From NCBI RefSeq assembly GCF_963921235.1, contig NC_086097.1:200572001-200636000 (forward strand): a stretch of DNA of 64,000 bases. The letters run 5' to 3'. A program made the translations under genes and the position numbers. The DNA is from Mobula hypostoma (Eukaryota). Positions 1 to 15,432 of this stretch are shown here, piece after piece. Positions within the stretch are counted from its first letter, which is position 1, and each line of letters opens with the position of its first letter. The notes beneath the pieces were generated by a model. The model saw nothing but the letters and a program-made list of their open reading frames with translations, did not search any database and had not been told where the DNA came from.

Positions 1-1400
1 TTTGGAAAAATATATGTTAGGGGTTTGTATATATAATCACAGACCTCTTTAAATACCCTTCGATATAGGTTGTCTGACCCGAGAGATTTATTAACTTTCA
101 GCCTTTTCAGCTGAAGCAGGACCTCACTTTCTAAGATCTCTAAGTAACTTAAAACAATCTGATTTTTCTTTACACTTACTGGCATATTGCTAACATATTC
201 ACAGGTGAATACTTCAGCTAAATATGAATTAAGAGTATCCATTATGTTCTTTTCTGCATAATTTAACATCCCACTATTATTGCTAATAAACTTAACTTCT
301 TCCTTTACTTTTCTTTTTCTAAAGTATTGAAAAAAATTCTTGGTGTTATTCTTAGCATATCAGAAACATCCTTCTCAACCTGCCTTTTGGCAATCCAAAT
401 TTCTACCTTAATTATAACTCTCATCTTTTCATATGCCCTACTGTATTCCTTATAGAGCTGTCTTTTCTTCAGTATTTTTATGTATATCTTTATTCATCCA
501 TGTAGTTGATCTATTGTTTTTATTGCTTCTCCCATCCTTGGGTATGAACATTTCATGCACTGCATGTAATACTCCTTCCAGTTTACTTTCTGAAATCTTT
601 GCTGCAACTGCACAAACTTTGCTTTTTTGAAATGGGATTTAATGGCTTTGTTTTTTTATTGATATCCTCTCCCAAACGCACACCATGATTTGATAGGTGT
701 TAATGATTCAAATCAAAATACTGATGAATATTTATAGATTTATAATTAAAGAAGCAGGGAGAATGGAAAAAGTAGCACATTATGATTCCAAATATTTGAA
801 AACAAAGTGGAAGAGAGAGTCTCTTCTGGCTCAAGCTTCTGTATCAATTTGCATGAATTTTGGGCAATTAACGAGCACAATTATCTACCAGGGCCTACAT
901 TTTAATTCAGAGGAAAAACTGCTATTACTCTTTCACCAGAACCACCTCCTGTTCTCGCTGTGTTCTTTCTTCTGCCATGTACCACTAATACTGAATTTAC
1001 TTCTTCCATTTCCAAATGGATCTCCATGTACCAATGAGATATATCGAGACATTACACCTTGTAGCTAACACAACTTTCAGAATCTTTGTTAGCTGCAGAA
1101 GGGAGTCTCATGGGAGACAAAAAAGCAAAATAATTTATATACTCCCTAATTATAGAATTCCTGATTACTACCACATCTCTACTTTTCTTTTGTCCCCCCC
1201 TTAGTCAGCCTTTGAGACACAGTGTATTGATCTTTATTGCAGCTGTTAATCCCCATAGTCCGTCTCCCCATTCTCTTAAGTAGCAGGGACATTGTGCTTG
1301 TTGGTGAGGATATAGCACCTTTTCTCAATCTCTCATAAAATTCCTCCATCCAGCTCCCTCAGTCACACCCATCCCTTCCTGAATCATTGCTTTCCTTAGG
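1..1400 (-). mobile_element. Old degraded CR1-type LINE fragment
   Basis: Decayed similarity to CR1 endonuclease and linker sequence on the minus strand; no long ORF; boundaries approximate. Confidence 0.4.
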
Positions 1401-2101
1401 TGCATGACTCCAATCTATTTAAAACATTCCAAAGACTCACCCATGAACCATCAGAATATCTGTAATTCGCACTCCCGCTCATCAATGCTGAGACAGATTC
1501 AGGATGGAGAAAGCTGCAGTTGGACTCTAAATTAAAATGCAAGACCTAGAAGGTGATCATTTTGGACAATGACCCAAACTTCGTGCAAATCAGTGCAGAA
1601 GTCAGGTCAGAAGAGTTCACTCAATAAGTATGGAAAAGAGGAATTTCTTTTTGTGGTACATAGGCATCAATTCCAGGACAGGAGGAGATGTGAAGATAGG
1701 ATGAGTTCCTTTACACAAGGTGGGATGTGTCTGAGTGGAAAAGATCAATAAGGATGAATAATGAGCTGTCAGAGGCTTTAAACTCAAAGGATTTACAAGA
1801 AGCATTGTTCTAAGTATAAACAAAGCAGGAAGAGATCTGAGAAAAGAATAAAGTAAGGATACATGGGAAGAAAATGGTTATGTTATGGCAGCTTAATAAG
1901 ATGGTTAAAGACAAAGTGAGAGGAAATCCCTTCAGAATGAGTTGAACTGTTCATGTAACAATGTATATAGAATCTGCTGAAAATAGGAGACAATCACCGA
2001 GAGGAACCGGATCTAGAAAAGATTACTGAAATATAGTTGTAAAAAATCAAGTTAGGAAATTAAGCACTGCATGGTATAATATATTTAGGACAGATGAAAA
2101 G

Positions 2102-2350
2102 TGCTTTGCTTTTAGTTAGTTGCACGGTGGGTTTTTTTTTGGGGTTTTTTTTTCTTTTTTTTCCATTGATATATATATAAAATTTAGTATACTATTATGT
2201 TATCTTGGTTTCTTATGTTTAAATTACATTGTTTGTAGTATTTTTTTTTGGTATTGATACCTTTTGGAATTTTATTATACTTTAACATTGTATTAATGTT
2301 TATATGGCTTACCTTTTTTGTATACTTATTCAATAAAAAGATTTAAAAAA
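2102..2350 (+). mobile_element. 5'-truncated L1 3'-end insertion, same family as the L1 at 38530-47157
   Basis: Closely matches 46903-47140; AATAAA plus A tail; 15-bp TSD AGGACAGATGAAAAG at 2087-2101 and 2351-2365. Confidence 0.9.
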
Positions 2351-3034
2351 AGGACAGATGAAAAGGAAAATGGGCACGTGGTGTAGCAGTGCTAATTGAC
2401 AAAAATAGAATGGCAGTAAGAGGAAAAAAGGTTGTACTTATGATAACAGCAAACATAAAATCCATATAGATTGAAAGTAAGTATTTAAATCATATTAATA
2501 TGCATAGTGGGCAGTCTACTAAATCTTGGAAGAATTGAATGAAGAAATATACCCAAAAATATGGAAAGTAGAACATCTAGAATAATAATGATGAGATTTC
2601 AACAACCTAGATATCAAGTAGATTGAAGAAGTTGGTAACAGAATAAGTGATTAGAAATTCCCCAATGAATATTGATTTCCGACTTAACCCATTATGTTAA
2701 AAAAAGAGGAAGAATTTTCTAATGCATCTAATAATAGTGAATAAAACAAATGAGGTAAGTAGAATACTTTGGCAGCAAATGACATGCTTAAAGATAACAA
2801 TGGGGAAGGAAATAAGTAATGATAACAACCAGGTCATTAATTTTGTGAAAATCTGATTTTGAAAGACTGAATTGGGAAGATACGCCATGTAACAATATTG
2901 ACGAACACTAATGTAGAACAAAGGGAGCACAAAGGAACAAAGGAAGAAAAATGCAGAACAAAATATATTACATTTTTTTAAAATGAGCACAATAAATGCT
3001 CATGAGGAAAGGAACAAATGAGGGCAAGAACCAT

Positions 3035-3291
3035 CTGGGACGTGGCCTCTTCAAATTACTACTATTGGAGAGCATGTACCAGAGCCCGAAAATCCACACT
3101 CAACGTTTTAAGAACAGCTTTTTCCCTCTGCCATCATATTTCTGAACAGTCCATGAGCACCACCTCATTATTCAACCTTTGCACTTTTATTTATGTAACA
3201 TAGTAATTATGATTTACACTGCGCCACAGCTGCAAAACAAACAAATTTTATGAACAGATGTCAGTGATAATAAACCTGACTGTGATTCTGA
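3035..3291 (+). mobile_element. Rex1/L2-group LINE 3'-end remnant
   Basis: aagaacagctttttccctctgccatc (NSFFP-like terminus), then aataaacctga and a GATTCT-like tail. Confidence 0.5.
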
Positions 3292-4309
3292 TACTTTGAC
3301 CATAGAAGAGTGTCTGAAAATAGAGAATACAAAGGAATCAGTAAAGTACATTATATTACACCAGTAAAAAAGCATTTAGAAATGGAGCACAAAAATAGTG
3401 AAATATTTTGCAGACATAATAGTAAAAGAAAAAAAAAGACCAGAATAGAAATAGGAACATTAAGATAATGAATATTATTATTTTGCTTTCTTATTTATTA
3501 GGGAGAAAGAGTAAATGGAGTGATGGAATAAATGTACTTACATTAAATAATCTAATCAAACCAAATTTGGATGGTTTCCATGCATGCTGTTTAAAATAAT
3601 TTAAGGTAAGGATAGCAGAACCAATGTTAATCATAATTAGGAATTCATTGGAAGAAGGTGCACAATGAGAACTGACAAACTAATGTAATATGCAATTTTT
3701 AAGAAGGGAGAAAGAACATACTTTGAGAATTATAGGTCATTATTACATTGAAACTAATAATAGAAAACAATAATGGGATCACTAGTAAAAGGGAGAACAA
3801 AAACATTTAGACATTAAACATATTACTGAATAGTATACATGGGCCAAAAAATTTTTTAGGGTAAACAATGGTAATGTAGTAGATAAACCTAATCTGGATT
3901 TTCAAATGACCTATAAGGACACTCCATAATAATCAGATCAAAGAACATTTTGTTGGAAGATAAATAGCAGAATAAATTGCTAACTTGCTTCAAGACAGAA
4001 AGCAGAGTGAAGGAATAGAAGGACAGTTATGTGCACTGCAAGATAATGGATAATGGAGTTCCATGGGATCACTGCTGGGGCATTGCTGAACACAATTTAC
4101 ATGAATGATTTAGAGCTGAGAGAGAAATCTAGGTCAAGCTTTACTTGTGACTTCCATAGGGAATCCTGCCTGTTGATCAGATCACTAATAAAACTAGTCT
4201 GTCCCAATGTTGAGGGATGGGGAAATTCCTGCTAACAATATTTACAATTTTAACAATTGTAGTCCAGTTGTAGTCCCACCCAACCTCAGTGGAAAAAGCC
4301 TGCTTGCAT

Positions 4310-4810
4310 TTAACCTAGCAATACCTCTCAATTGTGTAAACCACCGTCAAATCTCCTGTCAATCCTTTATGTTCCAAGGAATAAAGTCCTCTCCTATTCA
4401 ATCTTTCCAAATAACTCAGGTCCTCCAGAAAATGGTAACATTCTTGTAAATTTTCTCTGTTCTCTTTCAACTTTATTTACAACTTTCCTGTAGGTAGGTG
4501 AACAAAACTGCACACAATACTCCAAATTAGGCCTAGCAACATCTTATACAATTACAACATAACATCCTATCTCCTGTATGAAATACTTTGATTTATAGAG
4601 GCCAATGTGCCCAAAGCTTTCTTTATGATTCTGTCTACCTGTACTGCCACTTTCAATGAATTTTAGACCTGTATTCCCAGATCCCTTTGTTCTACTGCAC
4701 TCTTCAGTGCCTGCCATTCACCGTGAAAGATTGACCCTGGTTGGTCCTACCGAAGTGCCATTTTTCAGCCTATTTCTCCAGATGGTCCAGATCCCACTGC
4801 AAGCTCCAAT
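4310..4810 (-). mobile_element. CR1 LINE RT 3' fragment
   Basis: Reverse complement gives an LEYCVQF motif (caaaactgcacacaatactcc). Confidence 0.6.
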
Positions 4811-6434
4811 GGTCTTTGCTATCTATTACACCCTATTACAATGAATAAACATACAATTTTTTTTTTTTAAATCTTCTCTCATTCAAACCTCTCCAGGCTT
4901 AAGTTTCCAAGAACTAAAGCCTCAAATGACCACTCTAACACCGTCCACTCCAACAATGGCTGCTCTGCTTGACCCTCCCTTATTTTTATTTTTTTCTTGC
5001 CAATCACTCCTGAACATCAATTGCCCTCAGTTCAAACACTAAATTGCTGTGAATCGATACATTATGTACTGAACTAGCAAACCAGAGTGAGCTACATCTT
5101 CTAATGCTTCCAATCACTGATTAATCTTTTATTAGAGCATTTTTACAAGATAATTAAAGTGCTAAATCTTGAGAACTTAAAAACAATAAATAGATAAATA
5201 TTCAGATTTTAAAATTTTATTTATTTTACAAACTATGTCTCAGCTACCCGTTCTTAAAAGAACCAAGCTCCCAAATTAAAAAAATATATAGTGCTGTCTA
5301 CAAACTACCTCGTCTTCCTATGGTTGCAAGGTTTCTTTGGTGTACAGAGAATATTTCGATTGTAACTTATAAATTATTTTTCTAAGTTGTAGGATCTTTT
5401 CAGGGTAAGCTCTGATTCAGTTGTTCAGTATATCTGATTTTTTTTTCCAAATATGGGCCAATTTACAAATTCAGTAGCCTAATCATTAAATTTCATCTTA
5501 AAGAGTTTTGATCAAATGGTAACATGAAAACAAAAACTAATCAGCTACCACAAAAAAATTGACTTGCTCAGCTCATTATTTTGAACTGTAAGATTACCAG
5601 ATCTCAGTACAAATGGAGATTTTCATCTCAAGTGAAGAAACTTTTCCCCATTTATTTCAAAATTATTCTCAAAGAACAAGTGTTATACTTGAAACTTTTC
5701 ACTATTGGTATTACCAACAACTTAACTTAAACATACAAAAATAGAATCAAACTAAGATGAAGCAAAATTTGTCACCCCCCCTCCCCAAATTAAAGTATTT
5801 AGGACTTTTTTACTTAAGCAATATTAGAAGCAAAATCTGAATTTTTCTTAAGTAGAGAAAGGTAAATATGTAAGGTGTGAATGTGGTGTTTAGGTTACAA
5901 TCAGATAAGTCATGATCTGATGCAGCGCCAGAGCAGATTTGGGGGGCAAAGTAGCCTACTTCTGCTCCATATTCCTATGTTTGTAACAGCATTACGATAA
6001 GAGAGATTGTGAAAAGGAATGATATCAGTTATTTCAAATGCATTTTACCAGACTTTAGTTTCTCTGGATTAAGTTAGATTTATTATTTCTTATGGATGAA
6101 ATACAAACATAAATTTTGAGATACTCAGCATGTTAGGCAGCATCTTTGCCATGGGAGAAACAATTAGGTTTATAATCTTTTAGGTTTATAGCCTTTCATC
6201 AAAGCTGGTAATTTTACAGATGTAACAGGTTTATCATGTTATATCCACTTTATTGATGCCTTGTACATTCCAAACCCTTTTTTTCCTTAAAAAAAAAGGG
6301 TGAACTATTAATTTAAGGCTGCATGCTACCAATTCCTTGGTCAAATATATTCATAGAGTTATAAGGTCCTACAACACAAGAACAGCACCATGTCCATGTC
6401 AACCACCACATTCTTTATTAATTCTAATTCTAAT

Positions 6435-7075
6435 ATAGCAAATGCAATGTTAGCATTCATTTCAAGAGGTCTAGAATACAAGAGCAGGGATGTGATGCTG
6501 AGGCTTTATAAGGCACTGGAGAGGCCTCACCTTGATTATTGTGAACTGTTTTGGGCTTCTCATCTTAAAAAGATGTGCTGGCATTGGAGAGGGCTCAAGG
6601 ATGATTCCGGGAATGAAAGGGTTATCATACAAGGAACTTTTGATAGCTCTGCGTCTGTAACTTGATGGAATTCAGAAGGATGGGGGGGGGGGCGCGGGAT
6701 CTCATTGAAACCTTTCGAATGTTGAAAGGCCTAGATAGAGTAGATGAGGAAAGGATGTTTCCAATGGTGGGGGAGTCTAGGACAAGAGGGCACAGCCTCA
6801 GCATAGAGGGGCATCCACTTAAAACAGAGATGTCGAGACATTTCTTTAGCTAGAGGGTGGTGAATTTGTGGAATTTATTACCACAGGCAGCTGTGGAGGC
6901 CAAGACATTAGGTGTATTTAAGGCAGAGTTTGACAGGTTCTTGATTAGATGCTACATCAAAGGTTACAGGGAAAAGACCAGGGAGTGGGGCTGGGGGAAG
7001 GATCAGCCATGATTAAATGGCAGAGCAGACTCAATTGTCCAAGTGGCTTAATTCTACTCCTATGTCCTATGATTT
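6435..7075 (+). mobile_element. CR1 LINE 3' fragment
   Basis: ANAMLAFISRGLEYKSRDVMLRLYKAL.RPHL; DLIETFRMLKGLDRVD; CR1-type 3' tail. Confidence 0.85.
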
Positions 7076-9468
7076 TACTTACCAATACCTTCTTTGTAGC
7101 CTGCTATGCCTTTTCAATTTACGTACCCTTTCAGATGTTTCTTACATGTTGTGAGAGTATCCGCCTCCACCTTCCCAAGTAGTACATTCCAGATTCTACC
7201 ACTCCCAGGGTGAAAAAAAAATTCTTCTACAGATCATCCTCTAGCCCCCCTTGCTCCTCACTTTAAGTCTATGACCTCTTGGAGATCTTGCCATGGGGAA
7301 AAGTTTCTTAAATCTATTTATGTACACATCAGCCTCCTCTGCTACAAACCAAGGACAATACATCAGTCTATTCAGTCATTTTATATTATGCTAATTCATT
7401 TCTTATTCAAAGATGAGATATAAAAATGCTTTCTTCCTATCCAGTACTCTTCATCTTCATTTAATAGTACACTACCAAATTAGGTAGACTAAATCATTTC
7501 TCCCCCATGGGAAGCAAAGGCTCATTGATGGAGAAAGTCATTATCAATGCACATTTTAAAAAAAATCTAGAGAACTGTCGCACAGTATGTATTCATTTCA
7601 GCATCTAAAAAGTGTCAGATATCCATCTGCTGGAATTGCTGCTCTCCATTCATAAGTAACAGAGTGCATACACTTTCTGCAAATAAATGGAAAGACAGTC
7701 TGAAAGCTCAACTCAGAAATGTGAAAGAGTGCATTGAAATGTTTGCTGAAATCATACATGGTACTATGTTCCATGATTTTGATCAAGCTAAATTTTTTGG
7801 CAGTTAACATCAGAACCACATCCAAAACAATTGCTTCCCAATACCGTCTCTGCCACCCTGCATAAGACCTTTTCACTTATGTAATTGTGGTAAAGTTTTG
7901 GCCATCAGTCAGTAGGGAGTGCTGGTGAGCTGCAAGTAAAACATTTCATTCATTTTAAAATAGTGGGATTCTCTTTAATATGTCTTGTGTTATTTGTACA
8001 CATACTCTTTAAATATGCCCAAAATGTATTCTCAAAATATAGTTTCAACCTAAAGCTGTCCAAAAAGATATAAATTCCAAATTTATACTGAAAGTAGTGT
8101 TTCAGATTGATCAGTTCTAGCATTTTTTTCTGACTTGTCTTTTCATTTATATTCTACTATATACATCACCACCAGATGGATCTGTTCTGAGTACCAAGCC
8201 TTATTCATCCTTTCCCAGCTGGCACCACCATCAGGTTTGTCATAGTCTTCCTTTCCATCTCTCAGCCTTCACTACTTTGTAGACATTCTTTTTACTGCAA
8301 GAGTAAATCATAGAATCATTGCAGCACAGAAGGTCTTTTTGCTCATCTTGTGCACACCAACTCTCTATCAAAGCAATATGGTCCATTTTTAACTCTGTTC
8401 TACTTCAGAAGCCTCAATGACCAGAAACGTTAATCATTCTGGTCAGATTCTGTTTGATCTGCTGCACATTTTCTGGTTTTATTTCAACTATTACATCTGT
8501 TCTATTCCTGGATGTTTAACAAGTTCATTCCTGTTTGACGTAAATTCAAATGCTTCCCTATATGGTACGACGTTAACAGAAACTAAAGCATCATTGAAGA
8601 GCTTTCAGTTAAAAAGATCTTTCCAAGGGCAGGCAGTCTGGAGTAGAGATAATTCCACTGGAATTTCCCAAACTTCTCTTTCTCCTCCTGCTAGCTCCAA
8701 CTCCTCTTATCTTTCTGAATCTCCCAGAATGCTTTAAAGTTTGACGCAAATTTGTTTAAGCAGACACCAGGGAAAACTACAGCAAAGCTGAAATATATGA
8801 ACTACAGCAGCTAAGGCAAAGTTTCATAAGCCAAACACTCAACATATGGGAGAAACAAATAATATACTGGAGGAACTCAGCAGGTTAAGCGGCATCTGTA
8901 GGGGGAAAGCAAATGTGGATGTTTCAGGTTATTAGGATTCCAGGGTTTAAGACAGTTAATTCCAAAAGCATTAATGCATTTTTGGAAGTCAGGATGGATT
9001 ATATTGCTCAAATAATACCAAAGGCTACAAACTCAAGCCACAGGGAAATATTGGACGATCTGCCAGAATGTGGCATGATTTTATGTTCTAGATTGATTAA
9101 TCCTGTGGAGTATGCAGCAACTGGCCTTTTCTCCTTGGAATGGAATGACTGGCTGAAGAAGGAAGGCTTAGAGATTTAATATAATGCCACTGACTTTCCA
9201 CAGAGAGTTATGCCAAATCTGCTGTTGGAAACACCTACAAATGGATAATTCTAAAGCAGACAATGTGGTCCAGTCTTCTGCTCAGCAGCGCATGATCGTG
9301 GTGTGTCTGTGCTGCCTCATGGAATTGGGTATGTACATTTTGGGATACTTGTCCTTTAGATTAAATGGTGTATGTACAAGCACCCCATTAAAATCAATGG
9401 GAAAAAAATAGCTGTTGACAAAGTCAAATAGAATTTATTGATTTTAATACATATAAGCAAACAATTCA

Positions 9469-9585
9469 GCACAGAGGTGCAGCTAACAGAGCTGCTGACT
9501 CACAGTGCCAGAGATCAGGTTTCATCTTGTCCGTGTCAAGTTTGCACATTTGCCCTGTGACTACATGGATTTCCTCCCACATCTT
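9469..9585 (+). mobile_element. Truncated V-SINE (HE1-like) remnant
   Basis: tRNA-like head followed by V-domain-like gtttgcacatttgccctgtgactacatggatttcctcc. Confidence 0.5.
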
Positions 9586-10369
9586 AAGCAAGTGGTAAAG
9601 AAAAAAGTAAATAAAAAAATCATCTACAATCCAGCTACAAGTTCATTTTGGCATATTGCTGATACAAATTATGTTCCTAATGTAAACTTCCTAACACATT
9701 ATTAACATACATTAATTGCAATTATTTGAGATATGAAGTTTGTTTATCGATAGGATCAAGTAACATTAAAATTGTCAGTGATAAAATGGCAATTCCCAAA
9801 ATAAAGGAAAATCACATGCCATCCTCTTGGAACTTGCTATTTATTAAGTTAATCTGCTTATAATTTATAATGAAGTGTTAACAACCATTTACATTTTTAA
9901 TTACTTCTAGAATCAATATTTTCATCAATATTGCTAGGATTTAAGCTAATTATTGGTATGTGGTTGGCGAACTCACGTCATTGATTAATTTTCAAAGATT
10001 TATTGATTTTGCTCAGTATTTTTTTCTTGCCGGAGGGACAATTGCATCACTGATCAAGTATATTTACTGACCTCAATGTCTTTCAAAAGATGGTGGTGTT
10101 TGTCTGTCCCACCCCATATAGTGCTGTTCAGTGACCATCTATTCCAGTTGAGATTTATAAGTGAAAATTCAAATTCAATCCATTCCGGGTTAAATGTTTT
10201 GCAAAGTTATAAACCTTAGCCAGATTTTTTTTAAAATGTATTTTATCAGAATACCTAAACCCAGTGTCATTATATACAAACTGAAGCAACTGACAGAAAA
10301 TGAGTGACAGATGAGAGATTTACTATTAGATATATCTCTCAAAACCTTTCACTCAGTTATAACCACTAA

Positions 10370-10545
10370 CAACAGCTACCCATCAACCAACATCATAAAG
10401 ACATTTCACTCCAGTTTCTAGAATCCTGCTTGTATAAATAATTGTTACATTTCCTCCATTACAATGTATTTCAATACTGGTTAACTGACTAAAGTGTTCT
10501 GCTATGCCCTGAGGTATTGAAAGGCACTTTTCTAAGTCAGTTATT
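10370..10545 (+). mobile_element. Old Deu-domain SINE (SacSINE1/AmnSINE1-like) remnant
   Basis: Recalled similarity to the 3' part of this family: catcaaccaacatca...tttcctccattacaa...cctgaggtattgaaaggcact. Confidence 0.35.
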
Positions 10546-11527
10546 ATTATATTGTGTTATTTTAAAAATAGCCTAGAAGAGCAATCAAGTAGGATACTGG
10601 GGAAAGCAGCAGTCGGAATTTCTTCATTAAAATTAGCATGACTACCTACACTTTGTAAAGCAAAAATCCATCAGTTTTGTGCACTCCACAACCCACTTCA
10701 ATGATACAGTTTAAAACTGCAAATCTAATCAGGAAATAATAAAATTGGATAAAAAATAAGTTAATATTCAAGATACACTTCAAGGTAGGCAATTGGTCAA
10801 AACGAACCTTTTGTCCAAGTTTTTTTTTAAGTCTGTTCATCTATACAAACTAGATATAAAACAGGAAAAAGCTGGAGCAGAGAATGGAGAAATTTGAATG
10901 GAAGCAACAAACCTCATAACTTTAATGATGATCAAAATGGGTTTAACATATTAACTGGTTCTATCTAATGTAATGTCAATTTGTTCAGTTTACTCATTCA
11001 ATCATCAACACACAAAAACTGAGATATTTCAATTAATCTGAATGTGTACATCTCCCAAAGAAACCTCTGTGCAGTAGTAAAAACTAGTGTCACCATCATT
11101 TTATATATTAATCACCAAGAGAATATAATGTGAACAGAGTGGATAAGCAGCAGCACTGGCCCACAACAGCAGAGTTAAACTACAAATCTGTATGGCAACA
11201 GTCTGAGACAAACTGGGTGGACCTTTTGATCAATAATGCACAGAATTGTTTTGTTCTGCAAATCATTGCATCTTTGCTACAATTACAGCATTATGAAGAA
11301 CAACCCATTTTTGTTCTAAAAAAACAAGCAGTTTGTATAGCTATGTATCGTACAAATAATATGTTCATCAAGATAATCTTTGTAGGGTGCCATTTCTATC
11401 AGGTTACAAATGTTAATAAGCATACCATTCACTCTGATTTCACACAGTACATAATCGTGGTTATTTAGTGCAAAATAATAGTTGCTGAGGTCAGATACTT
11501 TGAACCCATATTATTTGAGTCATTGCA

Positions 11528-12490
<963 letters not shown>

Positions 12491-13012
12491 TTAGACACTT
12501 TAAAATTCAGTATAATCCCATTATAGTTGAACCTGTTTCCCTTCAACTGCATCTGCTGAACAGCTGAGAATCGATTTCAAATCAATTCATACAATACATT
12601 CAGTGCAAAATTTAAATATTAGGATTCAGAAGAAAAATTAGGAAATCTTACCAGTTCAAATGACAGATAGATAATTCGGTTGATTTTGCTTCTTTGCAGT
12701 AATCCATTGCAACAGAGAATTCATGATTTTAAAATCAGAAATCTTGAGGACATTAGCACAAACACACGTGCCATGTTTTAAACAAGTCAGAAAAACAAAT
12801 AACTAAAAATTCAGATGACATGGGACTGTTTTATTTAAAATCACAAGTTAAAATTCACTCGCCTATTCTGAATTGTTGACAAACATTAGGGATCCAGTAG
12901 ACCACTGGAGGTGTGATTGGGGCAGAGCAAGACAGGGCAGGAAAAGAGGATGTGAAAAACATGGGAAGACATACAAGTATGGAAAGGAAGGACAGAAAGA
13001 GCAAGAAATATA

Positions 13013-14590
13013 CAAACCCCATTTCCAGAAAAGTTGGGATATTTTCCAAAATGCAATAAAAACAAAAATCTGTGATATGTTAATTCACGTGAACCTTTAT
13101 TTAACCGACAAAAGTACAAAGAAAAGATTTTCAATAGTTTTACTGACCAACTTAATTGTATTTTGTAAACATACACAAATTTAGAATTTGATGGCTGCAA
13201 CACACTCAACAAAAGTTGGGACAGAGGCATGTTTACCATTGTGTTACATCACCTTTCCTTTTAATAACACTTTTTAATCATTTTGGAACTGAGGATACTA
13301 ATTGTAGTAGATTTGCAATTGGAAATTTTGTCCATTCTTGCTTGATATAAGACTTCAGCTGCTCAACAGTCCGTGGTCTCCATTGTCTGATTCTCTTCTT
13401 CATGATGCGCCATACATTTTCAATAGGAGATAGATCTGGACTGGCAGCAGGCCAGTCAAGCACACGCACTCTGTGTCTCCAAAGCCACGCTGTTGTAGCC
13501 CGTGCAGAATGTGGTCCGGCATTGTCCTGCTGAAATAAGCATGGACGTCCTGGGAAGAGATGTCGCCTTGATGGCAACATATGTCTCTCTAAAATCCTCA
13601 TATATACCTCAGAGTTAATGGTACCTTCACATACATGCAACTCACCCATGCCGTGGACACTGATGCACCCGATATCATCACAGATGCTGGCTTTTGCACC
13701 TTTCGCTGATAACAATCTGGATGGTCGTTTTCATCTTTGGCACAGAGAACTTAACGCACATTTTTTCCTACAACGAGCTGAAATGTGGACTCATCTGACC
13801 ACAGCATACGGTTCCACAATCTTTCGGTCGATCTGAGATGAGCTTGGGCCCAGAGAACTCGCCGGCGTTTCTGCATAGAGTTGATATATGGCTTCCTCCT
13901 TGCGTAATACAGTTTCAAGTTGCATTTCTGGATGCAGCGACGGACTGTGTTGAGTGACAATGGTTTTCCGAAGTACTCCCAAGCCCAGATGGCTATAATT
14001 GTCACAGTAGCATGACGGTTTCTTAGGCAGTGCCGCCTGAAGGCTCAAAGATCACGTGCATTCAACAGTGGTTTCCGACCCTGCCCTTTACGCACTGATA
14101 TGTCTCTGAATTCTCTGAATTTTTTTCACAATATTATGTACTGTAGATGTTGAAAGACCTAAATTCTCTGCAATCTTGCGTTGAGAAATGTTCCTTTTGA
14201 ACTGACTAACAATTCTCTCACGAATTTTGGCACAAAGGGGTGAGCCACGACCCATCCTTGCTTGCAAAGACCGAGCCTTTGATGGATGCTACTTTTATAC
14301 CCAGTCATGATACCTCACCTGCTACCAATTAGCCTGCTTAATGTGGCGTCTTCCAAACCAGTGTTACTTGTATATTCTGTGCACTTTTCAATCTTATTTT
14401 AACTCTGTCCCAACTTTTGCTGAGTGTGTTGCAGCCATCAAATTCTAAATTTGTGTATATTTACAAAATACAATTAAGTTGAACAGTAAATCTATTGAAA
14501 ATCTTTTCTTTGTACTTTTGTCAGTTAAATAAGATTTTTGTTTTTATTACATTTTGGAAAATATCCCAACTTTTCTGGAAATGGGGTTTG
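13013..14590 (-). mobile_element. Tc1-like DNA transposon (DD34E), full length, transposase disrupted
   Basis: TA TSDs at 13011-12 and 14591-92; ~200-bp TIRs starting CAAACCCCATTTCCAGAAAAGTTGGGA with inner AAAAGTTGGGAC repeats; WSDES and FQQDNA-x-SPDLSPIEN with 34 residues between D and E. Confidence 0.95.
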
Positions 14591-15244
14591 TAGAAATATT
14601 TGAACAGCAGTTGAAAATATCAAGTAGTTCTGGTAATACAAAATTAAACACAGACAAAACTGAAAAAAATGGATGGATTAGCGCAAAGGAAAGGCAAAGA
14701 AAGCAAATTTATTTTGAGAAGTGTATAGTGCAGTAGTCGATGAGCAGTCAGTCAACTAAGCAAGAAGTAAGTGTATACTCATTGACCAAGTGCAGTGGAA
14801 CAATGAAATTGGTATAATTCCTTTGAAGACATTGTCCAGTACGAAAAAAAATAGCATTTTTCATTTTGCAAATGATTACAAGTGAACAGGTAATGATTAA
14901 AAAACCACTAAATGACAATATTACCCACAGTCAGAAATCTGTCAGTGGTATGATTATAGAAAGGAAACTAAGGCCAAGGAGGCGAAAATATCCCAAGGAG
15001 ATAATTGAGATACACATTTCAGTTATAATGCTCCTAGGACTATTGCAATGAGCTCAGAGAAAATTAGCAGAGAATGCACAAGTGTGACACCCAGCTTTTC
15101 AGTTTAACATTATTAGGCAAGGGAAAGATTAGAAAAATCAGAAAATTGGAATGTCCTAGATACTGAGTTATTGAGGCACAGACTACTGGATTAATTAAAG
15201 TAAAAGTACTGAGAAGTCATTGTATTTACTTGGCACCAGACACT

Positions 15245-15432
15245 AGAATACAACAGCATAGCACAAGCCCTTCGGCCCTTGATGTTGTGCCGACCCATAT
15301 ATTTCTTAAAAAAAAGTACTAAACCCGCACTACCCCGTAACCCTCTACTTTTCTTTCATTCATGTGCCTGTCCAAGAGGCTCTTAAATACCCCTAATGTT
15401 TTAGCCGCCACCACCATCCCTGGCAAGTCATC
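15245..15432 (-). mobile_element. CR1 3'-end remnant
   Basis: caagcccttcggccc...ccaccaccatccctggcaag, typical of a reversed CR1 tail. Confidence 0.5.

Larger units (their letters stand above)
1950..4120 (+). mobile_element. Old degraded CR1 LINE (endonuclease to RT), interrupted by younger inserts
   Basis: Decayed motifs resembling NYRPI (aattataggtcatt), DF.K (ctggattttcaaa) and GVPQGS.LG (ggagttccatgggatcactgctgggg); boundaries approximate. Confidence 0.5.
9434..11527 (-). other. GAREM1: Probable GAREM1 3' UTR; end uncertain
   Basis: AT-rich, mostly non-repeat sequence after the stop codon. Minus-strand AATAAA candidates at 9999-10004, 9840-9845 and 9434-9439. Confidence 0.4.

Noticed and set aside
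1..9400. A neighbouring host gene such as MEP1B (adjacent in human)
   Set aside because: No recognisable exon; the short ORFs here are repeat-derived or random.
11130..11468. 112-aa plus-strand ORF
   Set aside because: GTG start, no recognisable motif, antisense to the probable 3' UTR.
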